Shown: one piece after another, positions 41,326 through 52,701 of the stretch | Position numbering within the stretch: position 1 is the first letter of the stretch | How the letters are laid out: every line of letters begins with the position of its first letter | Origin: a virus | Length of the DNA stretch: 64,000 bases | IMG/VR virus record: IMGVR_UViG_3300017917_002918 | Coordinates: 64,001-128,000 of that record | Strand: one strand, 5' to 3' | Program-made: the position numbers and the translations under genes | The notes under the pieces: model-generated | What the model saw: only the letters and a program-made list of their open reading frames with translations | The model's database searches: none | Told to the model about the DNA's origin: nothing

Positions 41326-42489
41326 TTAAGATTGAGTATTTATTTCATATCCGATTTTATCTAAATTATCAATTGAGTATTGATATATTATTTTATCTTT
41401 AAAAATGTCTGGATAGTAGTCATGATTATATTCTTTTTTAAAATTTTTAAACTCTTTAATTGCTGGCTGATTATTCATTTTAATGCTATCTGCATTATCA
41501 TCTATATAACATAAACATAAATTGTCATTATAATCATCCACTGCTACGCAAAGATGAGCTACATCCATTCCTGTATGATTACCAAACACAAGATAATTAT
41601 TAAAGGGCGCTAAAGGGTTGATTCTAGCTGTGCTATTTTTTTCTGTATAACATACACAAATTTCTTCATATTCACCTGGATTTAAGTCATCTTTTAAAAT
41701 TATATATCCATGATAAGTTGCTGTTACGGATTTACTAGAAATTATTTCAATGTCTAAGCTCGCCCTGTGTTTTATTGTGTATACTGATATATCAAGTTTA
41801 TCAACGGGATAGGGGAAGTCGCAAAAAAACTTCCATTTTATTCTTTTTGATTTTTTATTTGATATATTTTTAATTTTAAACTGTGAAAACGTTGTCCAAC
41901 TGAAATCTTGCGAATTATAATATACTATCTTGGTGAAGCACTCATAATACAAATCTGTTTCGGCAATATGAGATTTAACATCTTGGTTGCGATTGAAAAA
42001 TATTGTATTATATTTGGATGAATATGCTCTAATTTTTAAGTCAACAAATACATCTTTTTCATGCTCGTTTACATCAGTTTTAATTATTTTACTTTTATTA
42101 TTCTGGACTTCTCCTGTACCTAAAAACATATGGGCTATTTTGCAATTTTCATCTAAGTGATTCGAATTTATATTTTCTATTATTGTATTGTATAGTAATT
42201 TTAATTTGTTTTCTTTTTCTACTTGACTCAACTTCATTCTCATTATTGCGTCATATAACATTTTTGCAATCTTATGTATTTTCTGTGTTCTAAAATTGTC
42301 ATCATTATCAAAGTTTTTTCCAAAATCACCTCTTTCATATCTCATTACTGTAGATTTGCTTATTTGCAAAAAATCCGCAAATTCATTCGAACCCATATTA
42401 TACAAAGTTCTACGAATTAATTTTAACAATTGAGAAATAGTTTTATTTGATATAGGATTAGTCATTTTAATTCCCCCTAATAGAAGCAA
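41326..42489 (-). CDS. XRE-family HTH regulator with a large C-terminal domain
   Basis: LKLIRR...EFADFLQISKSTVMRYERG. Confidence 0.75.
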   Translation of the reverse strand: MLLLGGIKMTNPISNKTISQLLKLIRRTLYNMGSNEFADFLQISKSTVMRYERGDFGKNFDNDDNFRTQKIHKIAKMLYDAIMRMKLSQVEKENKLKLLYNTIIENINSNHLDENCKIAHMFLGTGEVQNNKSKIIKTDVNEHEKDVFVDLKIRAYSSKYNTIFFNRNQDVKSHIAETDLYYECFTKIVYYNSQDFSWTTFSQFKIKNISNKKSKRIKWKFFCDFPYPVDKLDISVYTIKHRASLDIEIISSKSVTATYHGYIILKDDLNPGEYEEICVCYTEKNSTARINPLAPFNNYLVFGNHTGMDVAHLCVAVDDYNDNLCLCYIDDNADSIKMNNQPAIKEFKNFKKEYNHDYYPDIFKDKIIYQYSIDNLDKIGYEINTQS

Positions 42490-42605
42490 TAATAAACTAA
42501 ATTAATACATATATAATACCACAAACTGTTGCTTTATCAATATATTTTTCTAAATATATTGAAATTTAATTACTGAATTTTGCAATATTAATATATAATT
42601 ATAAT

Positions 42606-43049
42606 TTACATATCACTAATTACAACCATATTGACTTCACCAAAATATTGAACTTTCATACCTAATGTTTCACTTATAAATCGCAATGGCACATATGTAA
42701 CCGCGTCAATTTTAAAAGGTTTAGCACTCATTGTTTGTACTTTACCATTAATCATTACTTTATCACTACCTAATGTCATTTTAACATTTAATGAATCATT
42801 CTTAAGTGTCACACCTAATGTTTTTGCGTCCCAACCAACTTGCATACCAAATGTCTCACATGCTTTGCGCACAGGAATATAAATCCTTCCCTGTTCCATT
42901 ATTGGATATTGAGAAAAATGAATTTCACGATTATTATATACCACTCTAATATAATCTTGCTCAGTTATTGCACTAACTGTAATGCCCGAAACAAATATAA
43001 CCACTACTATTAAAATTGCACTAAAAATTTTCATAATAACAACCTCCAT
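42606..43049 (-). CDS. Secreted copper amine oxidase N-terminal (stalk) domain protein
   Basis: Signal peptide; GRIYIPVR...G.QVGWD...TYVPLRFISETLG. Confidence 0.85.
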   Translation of the reverse strand: MEVVIMKIFSAILIVVVIFVSGITVSAITEQDYIRVVYNNREIHFSQYPIMEQGRIYIPVRKACETFGMQVGWDAKTLGVTLKNDSLNVKMTLGSDKVMINGKVQTMSAKPFKIDAVTYVPLRFISETLGMKVQYFGEVNMVVISDM

Positions 43050-43107
43050 AAATTATTTTATTTTAATTATACTTACCGAAATACCAAATAACTTAATCAC
43101 CACTATC

Positions 43108-43584
43108 CTATCTGCCATTCAACATACTATTATTTTCCAACTCTACACTAAATCTATCGTAATATAGCATAGTAGTTTTAATACTTAACTCAAATTTCTT
43201 TGCTGTTGCATCCAATCCATTTTCTTTATAATACTCCACAAACCTCTTTTTTCTTGGTACAGTCCATAGCAAATTCATATTACCTCTAAATTTCTCGTCT
43301 GAAACTTCACTCTCGACCAATAATTCGTCATATGGAATGTTCAAAGTGCCACATATTATTACTATATTCTCAAACATCACTCTACTTGGATGGGACACAT
43401 TAACCATAGATTGAAAAGTTGACCTTGTGAGTCCTGTCGTTTCAATTAAAGCATCTCTACTTTCAAATTCTGAATATCTAGCTTGTACCGCTACCAATAA
43501 ATTATACTTCAGTGTCTTTGTTTCAATATTCATAAACTTTTTGTAAATCTCCAAAATGTCTTGTTCTATTCCCATTGTAATCAA
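43108..43584 (-). CDS. Putative HTH DNA-binding protein
   Basis: L.ETTGLTRSTFQSM...FENIV.IC..LNIPYDEL (XRE-like). Confidence 0.55.
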   Translation of the reverse strand: MITMGIEQDILEIYKKFMNIETKTLKYNLLVAVQARYSEFESRDALIETTGLTRSTFQSMVNVSHPSRVMFENIVIICGTLNIPYDELLVESEVSDEKFRGNMNLLWTVPRKKRFVEYYKENGLDATAKKFELSIKTTMLYYDRFSVELENNSMLNGR

Positions 43585-43605
43585 ATCTCCCTTAAAATTA
43601 AATTA

Positions 43606-44402
43606 TTACTTCAATTCGTTCCATAATACTTCTGGACTTCTGTATCTCTTGTACATGACTTCTTTTGCTCTGTCAAAGTCTTGCATTGACCATTCTGGAG
43701 CTTCCGCCAATATATCTGCTATCTTATGCAACTCATCCTTGATTGTGTTGTGACACAATATTTGTCGCACACATACATTTTGCTCATTAAACATATGCGT
43801 AACTAGGAAGTCTTGATTTTTCCATAGATTCATAGCATGCTTGTTATCTGATATTGCGCAATAATTAAAATATCCTTCATACAACATCTCAAAATCATTG
43901 TTAATAAGCAACATAATTGGCACTACCAATACTTTATCCATCTTTATTATACCTGTTTTAAGATGCATTTTTGGCTTATCATGCCTAATTATATAGTTTG
44001 TATCTTCTTTGATTAATAGTGCGAATTCCTCAACATTATTTTCTGGATTGTACACTACACTAGACAACATCACTCCCGATGTTGCATTAAACTGTTCAAA
44101 TGGATTTGTTCCTGTAAAATTACCCAAAATAAATCACCTCAATTAATTATTGTACAGGATTGTGAGCAAATATTCAATAACCATCTCACAATCCTGCATA
44201 TGTATTAAACTCTGTCCAATATATATCTTTCAACTCCTTGCCATATAGCTAGTACACTATACTCTTCTGCTTCTGAACCAGTTAAATTACCCTTAATAAA
44301 CTTATCATAACCTGTTCTTTTAATATTAAGCAACGCATTATTTCTTGAATTCCTTAACTCAGTTTCACCGAAAAATCTTACTATCTCGTTCATTGTTCTC
44401 AT
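43606..44402 (-). other. Two hypothetical CDSs (43606-44127, 44205-44402)
   Basis: ORF track; RBSs. Confidence 0.55.
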
Positions 44403-44640
44403 AATAACATCTCCTTATCATAAATTAATTATAAAACGATTTGTTATGTTCATCTCAGATGTGGATTCAAGTGTTTCGATGTAAATTAATAACTCTAAAT
44501 TAGTGTTTTCAAATTCGGTAAATCGCCACCTATTTATAAATTAATTATCTCCTACTATTAAATCATAACATATTTTTTATTATATTGTCAATATATTTTC
44601 ATAAATTAATTATATACTAATTTCCCATACTATTTTAATT

Positions 44641-45153
44641 TTACTCGCAATCTTCCCAACTTTTACTAAATTCATTATTTGCAAACGCCTCTTTAAGACC
44701 TGTAATTTGTTTGAGTCTAAGTATTTCATCGAGATCCATACCTAGATGTTTTGCTATCCATTCATCACTTCTACCTATGTTGTGTATTTCTGCAACTATA
44801 TTACTCATTAAATCTACATCATGCGATCCTCTTGCTCTATTATGTCTTATAGTTGAAGCCATTCTTTCTTCCAAAGGTTTATCTATTATTGAAACAGGAA
44901 GCATACCATTTTCTCTATCATATATATCCTTATGTTTTAACATTATTGTATATCTATGAAATCCATCTACTATAACATATTTATCAATTTCTTTATCATA
45001 ATAACAAACAATAGGCATTGTATATCCATCTTCCTTAATACTCAAATATAATAGCTTCATTTCAGGTGGCGCAACTGAATTGGGATTATATTCATTTGAT
45101 ATAATTTTGTCAATTGGAACTGAAATAATATTATAAACTGGACTTTTAAACAT
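44641..45153 (-). CDS. ibrB: IbrB-like ParB/Srx-fold protein
   Basis: NEYNPNSVAPPEMKLL.LSI.EDGYTMPIV...IVDGFHR...ASTIRHNRARG. Confidence 0.85.
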   Translation of the reverse strand: MFKSPVYNIISVPIDKIISNEYNPNSVAPPEMKLLYLSIKEDGYTMPIVCYYDKEIDKYVIVDGFHRYTIMLKHKDIYDRENGMLPVSIIDKPLEERMASTIRHNRARGSHDVDLMSNIVAEIHNIGRSDEWIAKHLGMDLDEILRLKQITGLKEAFANNEFSKSWEDCE

Positions 45154-45166
45154 AATAAATCCTCCC

Positions 45167-46477
45167 TTAAATATTTTTATATTTTTCCTTTATTACTTTT
45201 ACTTTCTCTTGTTGTTGTTTGGTTAAACCGAACCCCATAAATTTACACATATGATCATTTTTCAAAATACAGAAACACATTCTTTTCCATGATGGAATAT
45301 CAATTGTAGATTTTACATCATCCGTATCATCTGGTATTTCCCCGTCAAAGATTATTCTTGTTTTTCCATCCTTACTATAATTTGAAATTCCATTTTTACG
45401 AATCCTGTATCCACATTGTTCTATTTCATCTATAACATCTTGAGAGAAACCTCCTCCCGTTTTTTCCCAAAACTCAGCTGAAGTTTTAAACTTATCTAAA
45501 TAGTTATTCCTAACATGCGCTGGAAGTGTACTTAATAAAAATTCCGTATAAGATTTCCACGTGTGACCTGCTGGTAAAGAAATTTGCCTATATCCTAAAG
45601 CTTTTGTTCCTCCATATATAGCTCCAAAATTCGCCCCTTTAACTCTTCCTACTAATTTCGCCCATGTTCTTGGTTCTATTATTCTGTAAAGATTGAGACT
45701 ATCTATTGCCCATTCGTTAAATGGAGATGCAACTCTCATTTTATCTATTGTTACACCTGCTTTGTAATATAAATCATATAATTTATTATAATCAAAATCA
45801 AATTTACCATTTGCAATCCATATATCTTCAACAGTCCAATCATAAAGGGGAGAAGCACTCCATACATTTTTGTGACCTTCTGTTATATATTTTTTACCTT
45901 TATAATCGTATTTTTTATTTATAATACCACTATAACGATGAAGTGACTCATCTGCTCGTATTCCTATAAGCCCAATTGTCTTACCACCACCATTTTTGTT
46001 TTTATACCATCTCCCAAATTGTTTATATAAATCTTCCTGATGCATTTTTAAGGTATAAAAATCAAATGGATTATTATTTAAATTTATAACATACGAATGA
46101 GTAGGCATATCTCGTACCCATATATCTTTTTTCTCTTCATCCCAAGGATACCAAAACATTTCATAATTACTTAGAGGCGTTTTAGAAGCCATGGGTAAAC
46201 ATACCCAATATGGTTCAACTTCATCATGTAATCGCTCGAATGTTCTTGTTACATATTCAGTTGTTTTTTCGTATTGTGCTTCAAAATCCTGATGAAATAA
46301 ACCTATTTTTTTAGTTATTCCATTTTCTTTTTTATATTTCATTACTAAATTAAGTAAAGTACCGCTATCTTTGCCACCAGAAAAAGAAATATAAATATTA
46401 TCAAATTCTTCAAATATAAATTTTAGTCTTTCCTGTAACGCTTCATATACACTTATATTTTTATATATCTTCTGCAA
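45167..46477 (-). CDS. ibrA: IbrA-like PAPS-reductase/PP-loop protein (DUF3440)
   Basis: SFSGGKDS, DFEAQY, GIRADES..R, PLYDW...DIW, PSWKRMC..ILKND. Confidence 0.87.
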   Translation of the reverse strand: MQKIYKNISVYEALQERLKFIFEEFDNIYISFSGGKDSGTLLNLVMKYKKENGITKKIGLFHQDFEAQYEKTTEYVTRTFERLHDEVEPYWVCLPMASKTPLSNYEMFWYPWDEEKKDIWVRDMPTHSYVINLNNNPFDFYTLKMHQEDLYKQFGRWYKNKNGGGKTIGLIGIRADESLHRYSGIINKKYDYKGKKYITEGHKNVWSASPLYDWTVEDIWIANGKFDFDYNKLYDLYYKAGVTIDKMRVASPFNEWAIDSLNLYRIIEPRTWAKLVGRVKGANFGAIYGGTKALGYRQISLPAGHTWKSYTEFLLSTLPAHVRNNYLDKFKTSAEFWEKTGGGFSQDVIDEIEQCGYRIRKNGISNYSKDGKTRIIFDGEIPDDTDDVKSTIDIPSWKRMCFCILKNDHMCKFMGFGLTKQQQEKVKVIKEKYKNI

Positions 46478-46479
46478 TT

Positions 46480-47865
46480 TTATCCCTCCGCTCCATCAAT
46501 CCATTTATACAAATCTTTTTTATCCTTCATTTGTTCGATCAACTCTTTAAAACTATCAACAAGTCTTTCTTTTCTATTCAAACATTTTATAATTCTTTCA
46601 TCTAATGTAAATTTAGCACAAATATCAGTTATATAAACATCTAGATTTTGTCCAATCCTATGCACTCTATCTTCAGACTGTATTCTAGTTGCATAATCCC
46701 AATCATTAGAGTAGTATATAATATTGTTACAAAATTGTAAATTTAAACCATAACCTGCACAAGTTTTATTTGCTATAAAAAACTGAGCTTTATTTTCGAA
46801 CTTTTCTAATGATCGTTGCCTTTGTTTTTTACTTATTTCACCATAAAACTCAACTACAGAATCATTACCATATTTATTAAATAATACTTCACTAATTATT
46901 TTTATTTCTGAAGTATATTTGCACCAAATTATTGTTTTTTCATCATCTAAAATATCTAAAAGTTTAATTATTCTGGGATTCTCCAATGGATTTTTAAAAA
47001 ATGGCTCTATTTTTATAGACTCGGTATTTTTTGAAATAATCTTATTCCCACTAATAACATGTTGACAAGCTGTAAATAGTCTATATATGGTTGATGGTTT
47101 TAATTCGTCTAGTAACATTAAAAATTCATTTTTGACATCCTCATAATGTTTTTCTTGCTCATCTGTAAGATGAAAATATTTTTGATTATATATTTTTTTA
47201 GGTAAGTTAAGACACTCTTCCTTTTTAACTTGATATGTGTATGGTGCAATTTTTCGCACTAAATAATCTGTATTTAAAGTCCTTGTAATTCGACCTTTAA
47301 TTCTTTCATCATATTCAAGATGATTAGCTGCGAAACTCCAGAATGACTTGTATCCAAGAATTCTCCAATCTAATATGTACCATTGAGCAAAAAGATCTTT
47401 TTCACACTTTGAAATTGGAGTTCCGTTTAAAATAAGTTTATAACTACAATATTCAGCAAGCCTTTCAATATTCATTGTGCGTTGTGCTCTGTGATTTTTA
47501 ACCAAATTACTTTCATCAACAATTAAATAAACTTTCTTAGATTGTACTAATTTTAATAATTCAAAATTTAAATTAATACTTGAAGATAAACTTTCGATAC
47601 CTTCAATTCTAAAGTATTCTATTCCATTTTCAATATGTTTTTCAAGTTCTTTCTTTATAGTGCTTTTAACAGAACATGGACAAAGCCACAATACTGCTTC
47701 TACTTTTTCAGCATCAATACGTTGTTTGATTAACTCTAAAGTTGTTCTTGTTTTACCAGTACCCATTTCCATATATAATGCACCAATTTTAATTTTTGAT
47801 AATTTTGTTACCGCTGCAAGTTGATGATGTTGCAATTTAGTCTTTAAGATCATCAAGAATATCAT
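46480..47865 (-). CDS. SNF2-family helicase/ATPase
   Basis: MEMGTGKT, VDES, LNGTP, GYGLNLQ, QSEDRVHRIGQ. Confidence 0.9.
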   Translation of the reverse strand: MIFLMILKTKLQHHQLAAVTKLSKIKIGALYMEMGTGKTRTTLELIKQRIDAEKVEAVLWLCPCSVKSTIKKELEKHIENGIEYFRIEGIESLSSSINLNFELLKLVQSKKVYLIVDESNLVKNHRAQRTMNIERLAEYCSYKLILNGTPISKCEKDLFAQWYILDWRILGYKSFWSFAANHLEYDERIKGRITRTLNTDYLVRKIAPYTYQVKKEECLNLPKKIYNQKYFHLTDEQEKHYEDVKNEFLMLLDELKPSTIYRLFTACQHVISGNKIISKNTESIKIEPFFKNPLENPRIIKLLDILDDEKTIIWCKYTSEIKIISEVLFNKYGNDSVVEFYGEISKKQRQRSLEKFENKAQFFIANKTCAGYGLNLQFCNNIIYYSNDWDYATRIQSEDRVHRIGQNLDVYITDICAKFTLDERIIKCLNRKERLVDSFKELIEQMKDKKDLYKWIDGAEG

Positions 47866-48925
47866 CTCCTGAATTCAAAATATCTTTTAATCCATCTTTA
47901 GGTTTATTAATTTCAACAATGTTAGCCACCACAATATTTTTTTCTTTAGTTTTTTCATTATTTATTATTTCAAACGCCATTTCGCTAATTTTAAAATCGT
48001 TTAGTTCCGCATACTCTTCAATTTCTTTATAATGTTTAGGATTTATTAATATAACTGGATTATCCCAAATCGAACCTTTAATTCTTCGTGCTAATTGATA
48101 TAACCTATCATTTCTTTCTTTGAACCAAATTGCAAACCAACCTTCGTATTTTCCGTTAGTTCTAACTAAAATCCATCTGGTACATTCTGCTTCAAAGTCT
48201 CCTGTAATTGCATTTTCTCTAATTTCTTTATCATAAATTGTTATTCCAAAACCATTATTAAGAAGTTTATTGCCTAATTCTGCAACTCTATCTTTTATTT
48301 TTCCACTTGTTTTATCAATTTTTCTACTCCAAACACCATTCCACTTATATTCAAGACTCTTAATGATTTCTATAAACTTATCATTTTTTTCAAAAAATAC
48401 TTTAATTGTATCGTTTTCAAACTTAATTTCTACTGGTACATTTGAGATTACATTTTCTGGGTATACAGTTGATTCTTCTTTTAATTGATCTAATATAATT
48501 TTTTCTTTATCTTTTTTATATTTTATATTCATTTCTTCTTTTATATTATTCAAATTCACTATATTAAATATATTCGTATTTCTATTGTCTATCCACCAAC
48601 TTGCGTTGGTTTTATTTGTAATAATATATTCTAATAAATCAATATTTTCGTTTTTTGCTATAGTATTTTCAATTATTTTTATTCTTATTGTATTTGCCCA
48701 AACTATTTGTTTTTCTGTTCCCTTCAATTCAGGTAATTCCATTTCAATTGCCTTCATCATATTTATCTCATTTTCTTTGTCGGCTTGTATTTTAAAGCAA
48801 GCTGGGCAAATTTCTGAAAAATATTTTTCTATTTTCCATTCTCGTACTTTATGTGGTCCAATTAAATCTACATTTCCATCATGTCCACAAGAGTGAGTAC
48901 CTTTATAATTAGCCATAATGCACAT
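47837..48925 (-). CDS. Conserved hypothetical protein heading the SNF2-ibrAB operon
   Basis: HSCGH...CPAC, LPELKGTEKQIVWANTIR; overlaps the helicase gene. Confidence 0.65.
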   Translation of the reverse strand: MCIMANYKGTHSCGHDGNVDLIGPHKVREWKIEKYFSEICPACFKIQADKENEINMMKAIEMELPELKGTEKQIVWANTIRIKIIENTIAKNENIDLLEYIITNKTNASWWIDNRNTNIFNIVNLNNIKEEMNIKYKKDKEKIILDQLKEESTVYPENVISNVPVEIKFENDTIKVFFEKNDKFIEIIKSLEYKWNGVWSRKIDKTSGKIKDRVAELGNKLLNNGFGITIYDKEIRENAITGDFEAECTRWILVRTNGKYEGWFAIWFKERNDRLYQLARRIKGSIWDNPVILINPKHYKEIEEYAELNDFKISEMAFEIINNEKTKEKNIVVANIVEINKPKDGLKDILNSGDDILDDLKD

Positions 48926-49150
48926 CCTTTTTAGTATTTAATACAAAAATTACTACTTAATCTTAACATGTTATACAATATATTGTCAATATATTATCAT
49001 AAATTAATTATATGAACTTAACTTTTCTGAATTCTTGTTTTGTTGTGATTTTCTCAACCTATCTATTACATCCATTTCGACTATAATCTAAATTATAAAG
49101 CAACTTAACATATTTATAACGTGCTTTTGCTTTTTTGATTGTCATTTTAA

Positions 49151-50686
49151 TCACTCTCCATTTCCAACTTCTTCGGCGCAAAGTGGTAAATACAAAACTT
49201 CATTCTTTACATTCGAAGCAAAACTACACCATGAACATCCTTCATTGTATTCCTCACAATCATCTTGAGCACAGCCATCACACCTAAAGCCAACTTGTGC
49301 AGTTGTGTAATATATTTCATTACCTTGCAAATCTACAAATTGACCATCAAGAATATAACTTCCTGCTTCAGCAATTTCTTGCCAAAACTGTGACACTTTT
49401 GTTATATCTACTTTTATTATCAAAACTGGTGATTCCTCAATACTTCTTTCATAAAATTTAATAGTTTTTAACATATTCAAAACCTCCATATATTAATATT
49501 TAACATATAATAATATAATATCAAAAACAACATTATATTGTCAATACAATATTTAAAATTAGTTCTATTAAATATATCCACATTCTTTGAGATCCGAAGC
49601 ATATAGATCACTAAAGACATCTTGAACATAATATGATTCAGATTCTCTATCATAATGCCATAATTTTAAAGGAATTAAATTAATTATACAATAATTAATT
49701 ACTGATACTAAAGCTACAGTTAATCCAGTTACATATACTTCTAAAGATGTCACATCTCTCAAAGCCTTGTGACACATTTCTGATATCGATCCTTCAACGT
49801 CTATCGGATTAATATTATTTCCAAATATAAATTCGTTGATTTTTTCACCATCATTTGTTATAATTTCATGTCTACCTTCGCACAACCCCATTATCTTTTT
49901 CATAAAATTCCTCCCTCACCAAGTATGTTGTCTTTCAATTGTTACTGTGCCATCTGGCATTGCATATTTAATTACTATATCCATATTACACTCTTCGTTT
50001 GCGTCACAACATGACTCGGTAGCTCTGGATAGCTCTTGTTTAATCCCTGTTTGCTTTGCTAATGCAAAAATGGAAGTTCTATGTTGCTCATGTTTATTAG
50101 TTTTAATATTTATCATATCTAAATATGGAGTAACTAGATCCATAAAGTTAACTTGAAACATGTCACCTAAATTTAGACGATTAAAGTCTTCGCCATATTT
50201 GAATTTTGCACAGTTTGCCAAAAAATCACAAGCATTAGTGAATGTTTTAGGACTTACAATTTTAATGGCAGATGCCATTATGTCTTGAACATCAAATGGT
50301 TTTTCAATTTCTTTGATCCATGCTTGATAATGTACATAATCACAACCAACTTGTGAAAAGGTTATATTTAATCTACCTTGAACTAAATCATCTACCAAGC
50401 TATTAAATGTGTTCATAAAATTCAGTTTTTCCGATCTAGCAAACTCTGCAACTTTTACCAATTCGTCAGGTGGTAATTTAACACCATTTACATCTTTTCC
50501 ATTAACTTTAATTTTACACAGCATAGCTTCATTCTTTAAATCAAATTCGCTTCCATAATAGAATCCATCATTACCATGTTTATTCTCACATCCAGTTGCT
50601 TTGTATTCAAATTCAACTTTATGACCGTTATATTTTCCATTTCTAAATTCAAATACAATTCCAGATTTCTCAAATTTCATATTCAT
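49151..50686 (-). other. Hypothetical CDSs (49151-49489, 49568-49903, 49916-50686)
   Basis: ORFs with RBS, most with a TTGACA promoter upstream. Confidence 0.55.
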
Positions 50687-50815
50687 TTTATTCGCCTCCC
50701 ATATATCTAATAATTAACTTATAATAATATTATAGCATACATTAATTTGTATTGTCAATACATTGTTTAAAATTTTATTAAACTTATTATATCACAAATA
50801 CTGGAATTACAATCA

Positions 50816-51238
50816 TTATTCTTCAGATTCAACATATCTTTGATTTTTAATATTCGTGAGCCACTGTCCCAAAAATCTATTCAACTCTGTTTTGTACTTT
50901 GAAATGAATTTGCCTGATTCGGGATACACCACTTGATAAATGCCCAAATTATCTTGCTGATATGTTAATGCTTCTGCCATCTTAATATCATGATATACGG
51001 CAATTTCCATGTCTGGATCAACCATTAAGTCACCATTTTGCTCATAATAATGTGATAGGCTATATATCTCTGCTTCTTTCTTGTTTATATCTCTAGTCCC
51101 CAATCTCTCGACCACTAAATCCATGAATCCACTAGACTTTAACCGTTTATGGCAATTGTCCTCAAAATCCATCCCTTTAATCAATGGTAATAATTTTTCA
51201 TAATTTACTTCATACACTGTTCTTCTCATAACAATCAT
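50816..51238 (-). CDS. DUF1249/DUF6908-like protein
   Basis: GFMDLVVE...SLSHYYEQNGDLM.DPDME...LN.FL.QWL.NI. Confidence 0.72.
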   Translation of the reverse strand: MIVMRRTVYEVNYEKLLPLIKGMDFEDNCHKRLKSSGFMDLVVERLGTRDINKKEAEIYSLSHYYEQNGDLMVDPDMEIAVYHDIKMAEALTYQQDNLGIYQVVYPESGKFISKYKTELNRFLGQWLTNIKNQRYVESEE

Positions 51239-51299
51239 CCTTTCACACTCTATAGTAAGCCACTGAGGGCTATTCCGATATTGGTCGAATTACAAAAAT

Positions 51300-51824
51300 C
51301 TAAACACCACTTAAATCAATATCATCTTCAATTTCATATTTCTCTTCCAATTTATTTAAATCGAGTTGAACGTCTTTTCTAGTCTTACAGGTCTCATATA
51401 TAAAATCATATAATTCTTCAGACATTCCGCCTTCGTTTAATTTTATAAGTACAAATCTACCTTTTTCATAATTCATAACACCAACAGTTCTTTCCTTAAA
51501 ATTAATTGTAATATCTTTTTCACCAGCGATTGAAATTGGAAATTGTAAATATGATTTATCATCAAGGCTGAATTTTATTGCAGTTAATAGATTATAACTA
51601 CAAATATCTTTTCCTATACGCTTTCTTACCGTCCAAATAGCGTTTGTGAATTCTAGCAATTTTTCATAGGATTCTTCTTTATTTTCAATAAGGTCAAGCA
51701 GTAAATCTCCAAGTTGCCCATTAATATTTTTTTCCATTTCCGTCCATTCTGTACCTACTTTTTCTAAGCATAAACACCCATCTTCTAATGATTTCCCACA
51801 ATAAGCACAATATAATTTTTTCAT
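51300..51824 (-). CDS. Hypothetical protein
   Basis: N-terminal CxxC; own promoter. Confidence 0.5.
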   Translation of the reverse strand: MKKLYCAYCGKSLEDGCLCLEKVGTEWTEMEKNINGQLGDLLLDLIENKEESYEKLLEFTNAIWTVRKRIGKDICSYNLLTAIKFSLDDKSYLQFPISIAGEKDITINFKERTVGVMNYEKGRFVLIKLNEGGMSEELYDFIYETCKTRKDVQLDLNKLEEKYEIEDDIDLSGV

Positions 51825-51953
51825 AATAATTTCTCCTCTAATTTCTATTTTTGGTAAATCACTTGATCACAATTAAATATTACCACACTCGCTACTATAT
51901 TGTCAATACATTTTATAAAATTATTTTTTAATTATATAGAATGTTTTCTCAAT

Positions 51954-52532
51954 TTACTTAATCACATACGTATTACCTTGTTTACCCTTGATGTGACTCT
52001 CTTTTACCCAAACTACCTTACCACTCTTACATTGTCTATAGTGTCCTCTGCGGTTATGTGGACTCTTTGGTGAGCCTGTAGCATGTTCGTCTCTATTGTG
52101 GTAGTAATACTTCTTTTTCGTAATGTAGATGACTTTAGGTTTCAGCTCATTTGTTTTTGAACCAGATTCCAAATTCCTAGATTTATACACTCTTTCTTTA
52201 ACCTTGTCTAGCAAAGTGTTACTCGATTCTCTCTCAATCACAATAGGTTTGGCATTGATGTAGTCTATAACATACCACACAACTTGCAATACATACTTTG
52301 TGTAGTTTGCTATTTTACAATTTGCTGTTCTAGATGTCCTCAAGCAAAATTGTTTAGGGAATAATTCTGTTGACACATGGTGGTCACAATGTTCAGGACA
52401 CAATACATAGAATCTAGGTAACTTATCAAACTTTATGGACACTGAAGTTATTGTATTCTCTAATGTTTTGTCAAATATTTGTACCGACATTAAGTTGTCA
52501 TCTACTAGTACCCAAACGCCTATGCTATCCAC
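51954..52532 (-). CDS. Phage protein with C-terminal H.RRGH.R motif, separated from its RBS by IS607
   Basis: SPKSPHNRRGHYR...GKVVWVK; probable GTG start just beyond the IS right end. Confidence 0.55.
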   Translation of the reverse strand: MDSIGVWVLVDDNLMSVQIFDKTLENTITSVSIKFDKLPRFYVLCPEHCDHHVSTELFPKQFCLRTSRTANCKIANYTKYVLQVVWYVIDYINAKPIVIERESSNTLLDKVKERVYKSRNLESGSKTNELKPKVIYITKKKYYYHNRDEHATGSPKSPHNRRGHYRQCKSGKVVWVKESHIKGKQGNTYVIK

Positions 52533-52534
52533 TC

Positions 52535-52701
52535 CCGTTACAGAAAACTTATAAAAAGTTATAAAAACAACCAAAACATTATAACTTTAATGTTTCTTTC
52601 CTTGTTCATCATGTTCTTTTTCACATTATCGCTAATGCTACTAGAGTTTGTTTAACACTCCAAAGGCTTAATCTCCCCACTAACGTATGGGTACATTATA
52701 T
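52535..52701 (-). ncRNA. Putative TnpB omegaRNA scaffold (IS right end)
   Basis: Non-coding ~165 nt between the tnpB stop and the right end, the standard omegaRNA position. Confidence 0.55.

Noticed and set aside
52533-52574. N-terminal part of ORF 51954-52574
   Set aside because: Derived from the IS607 right end, not from the native gene.
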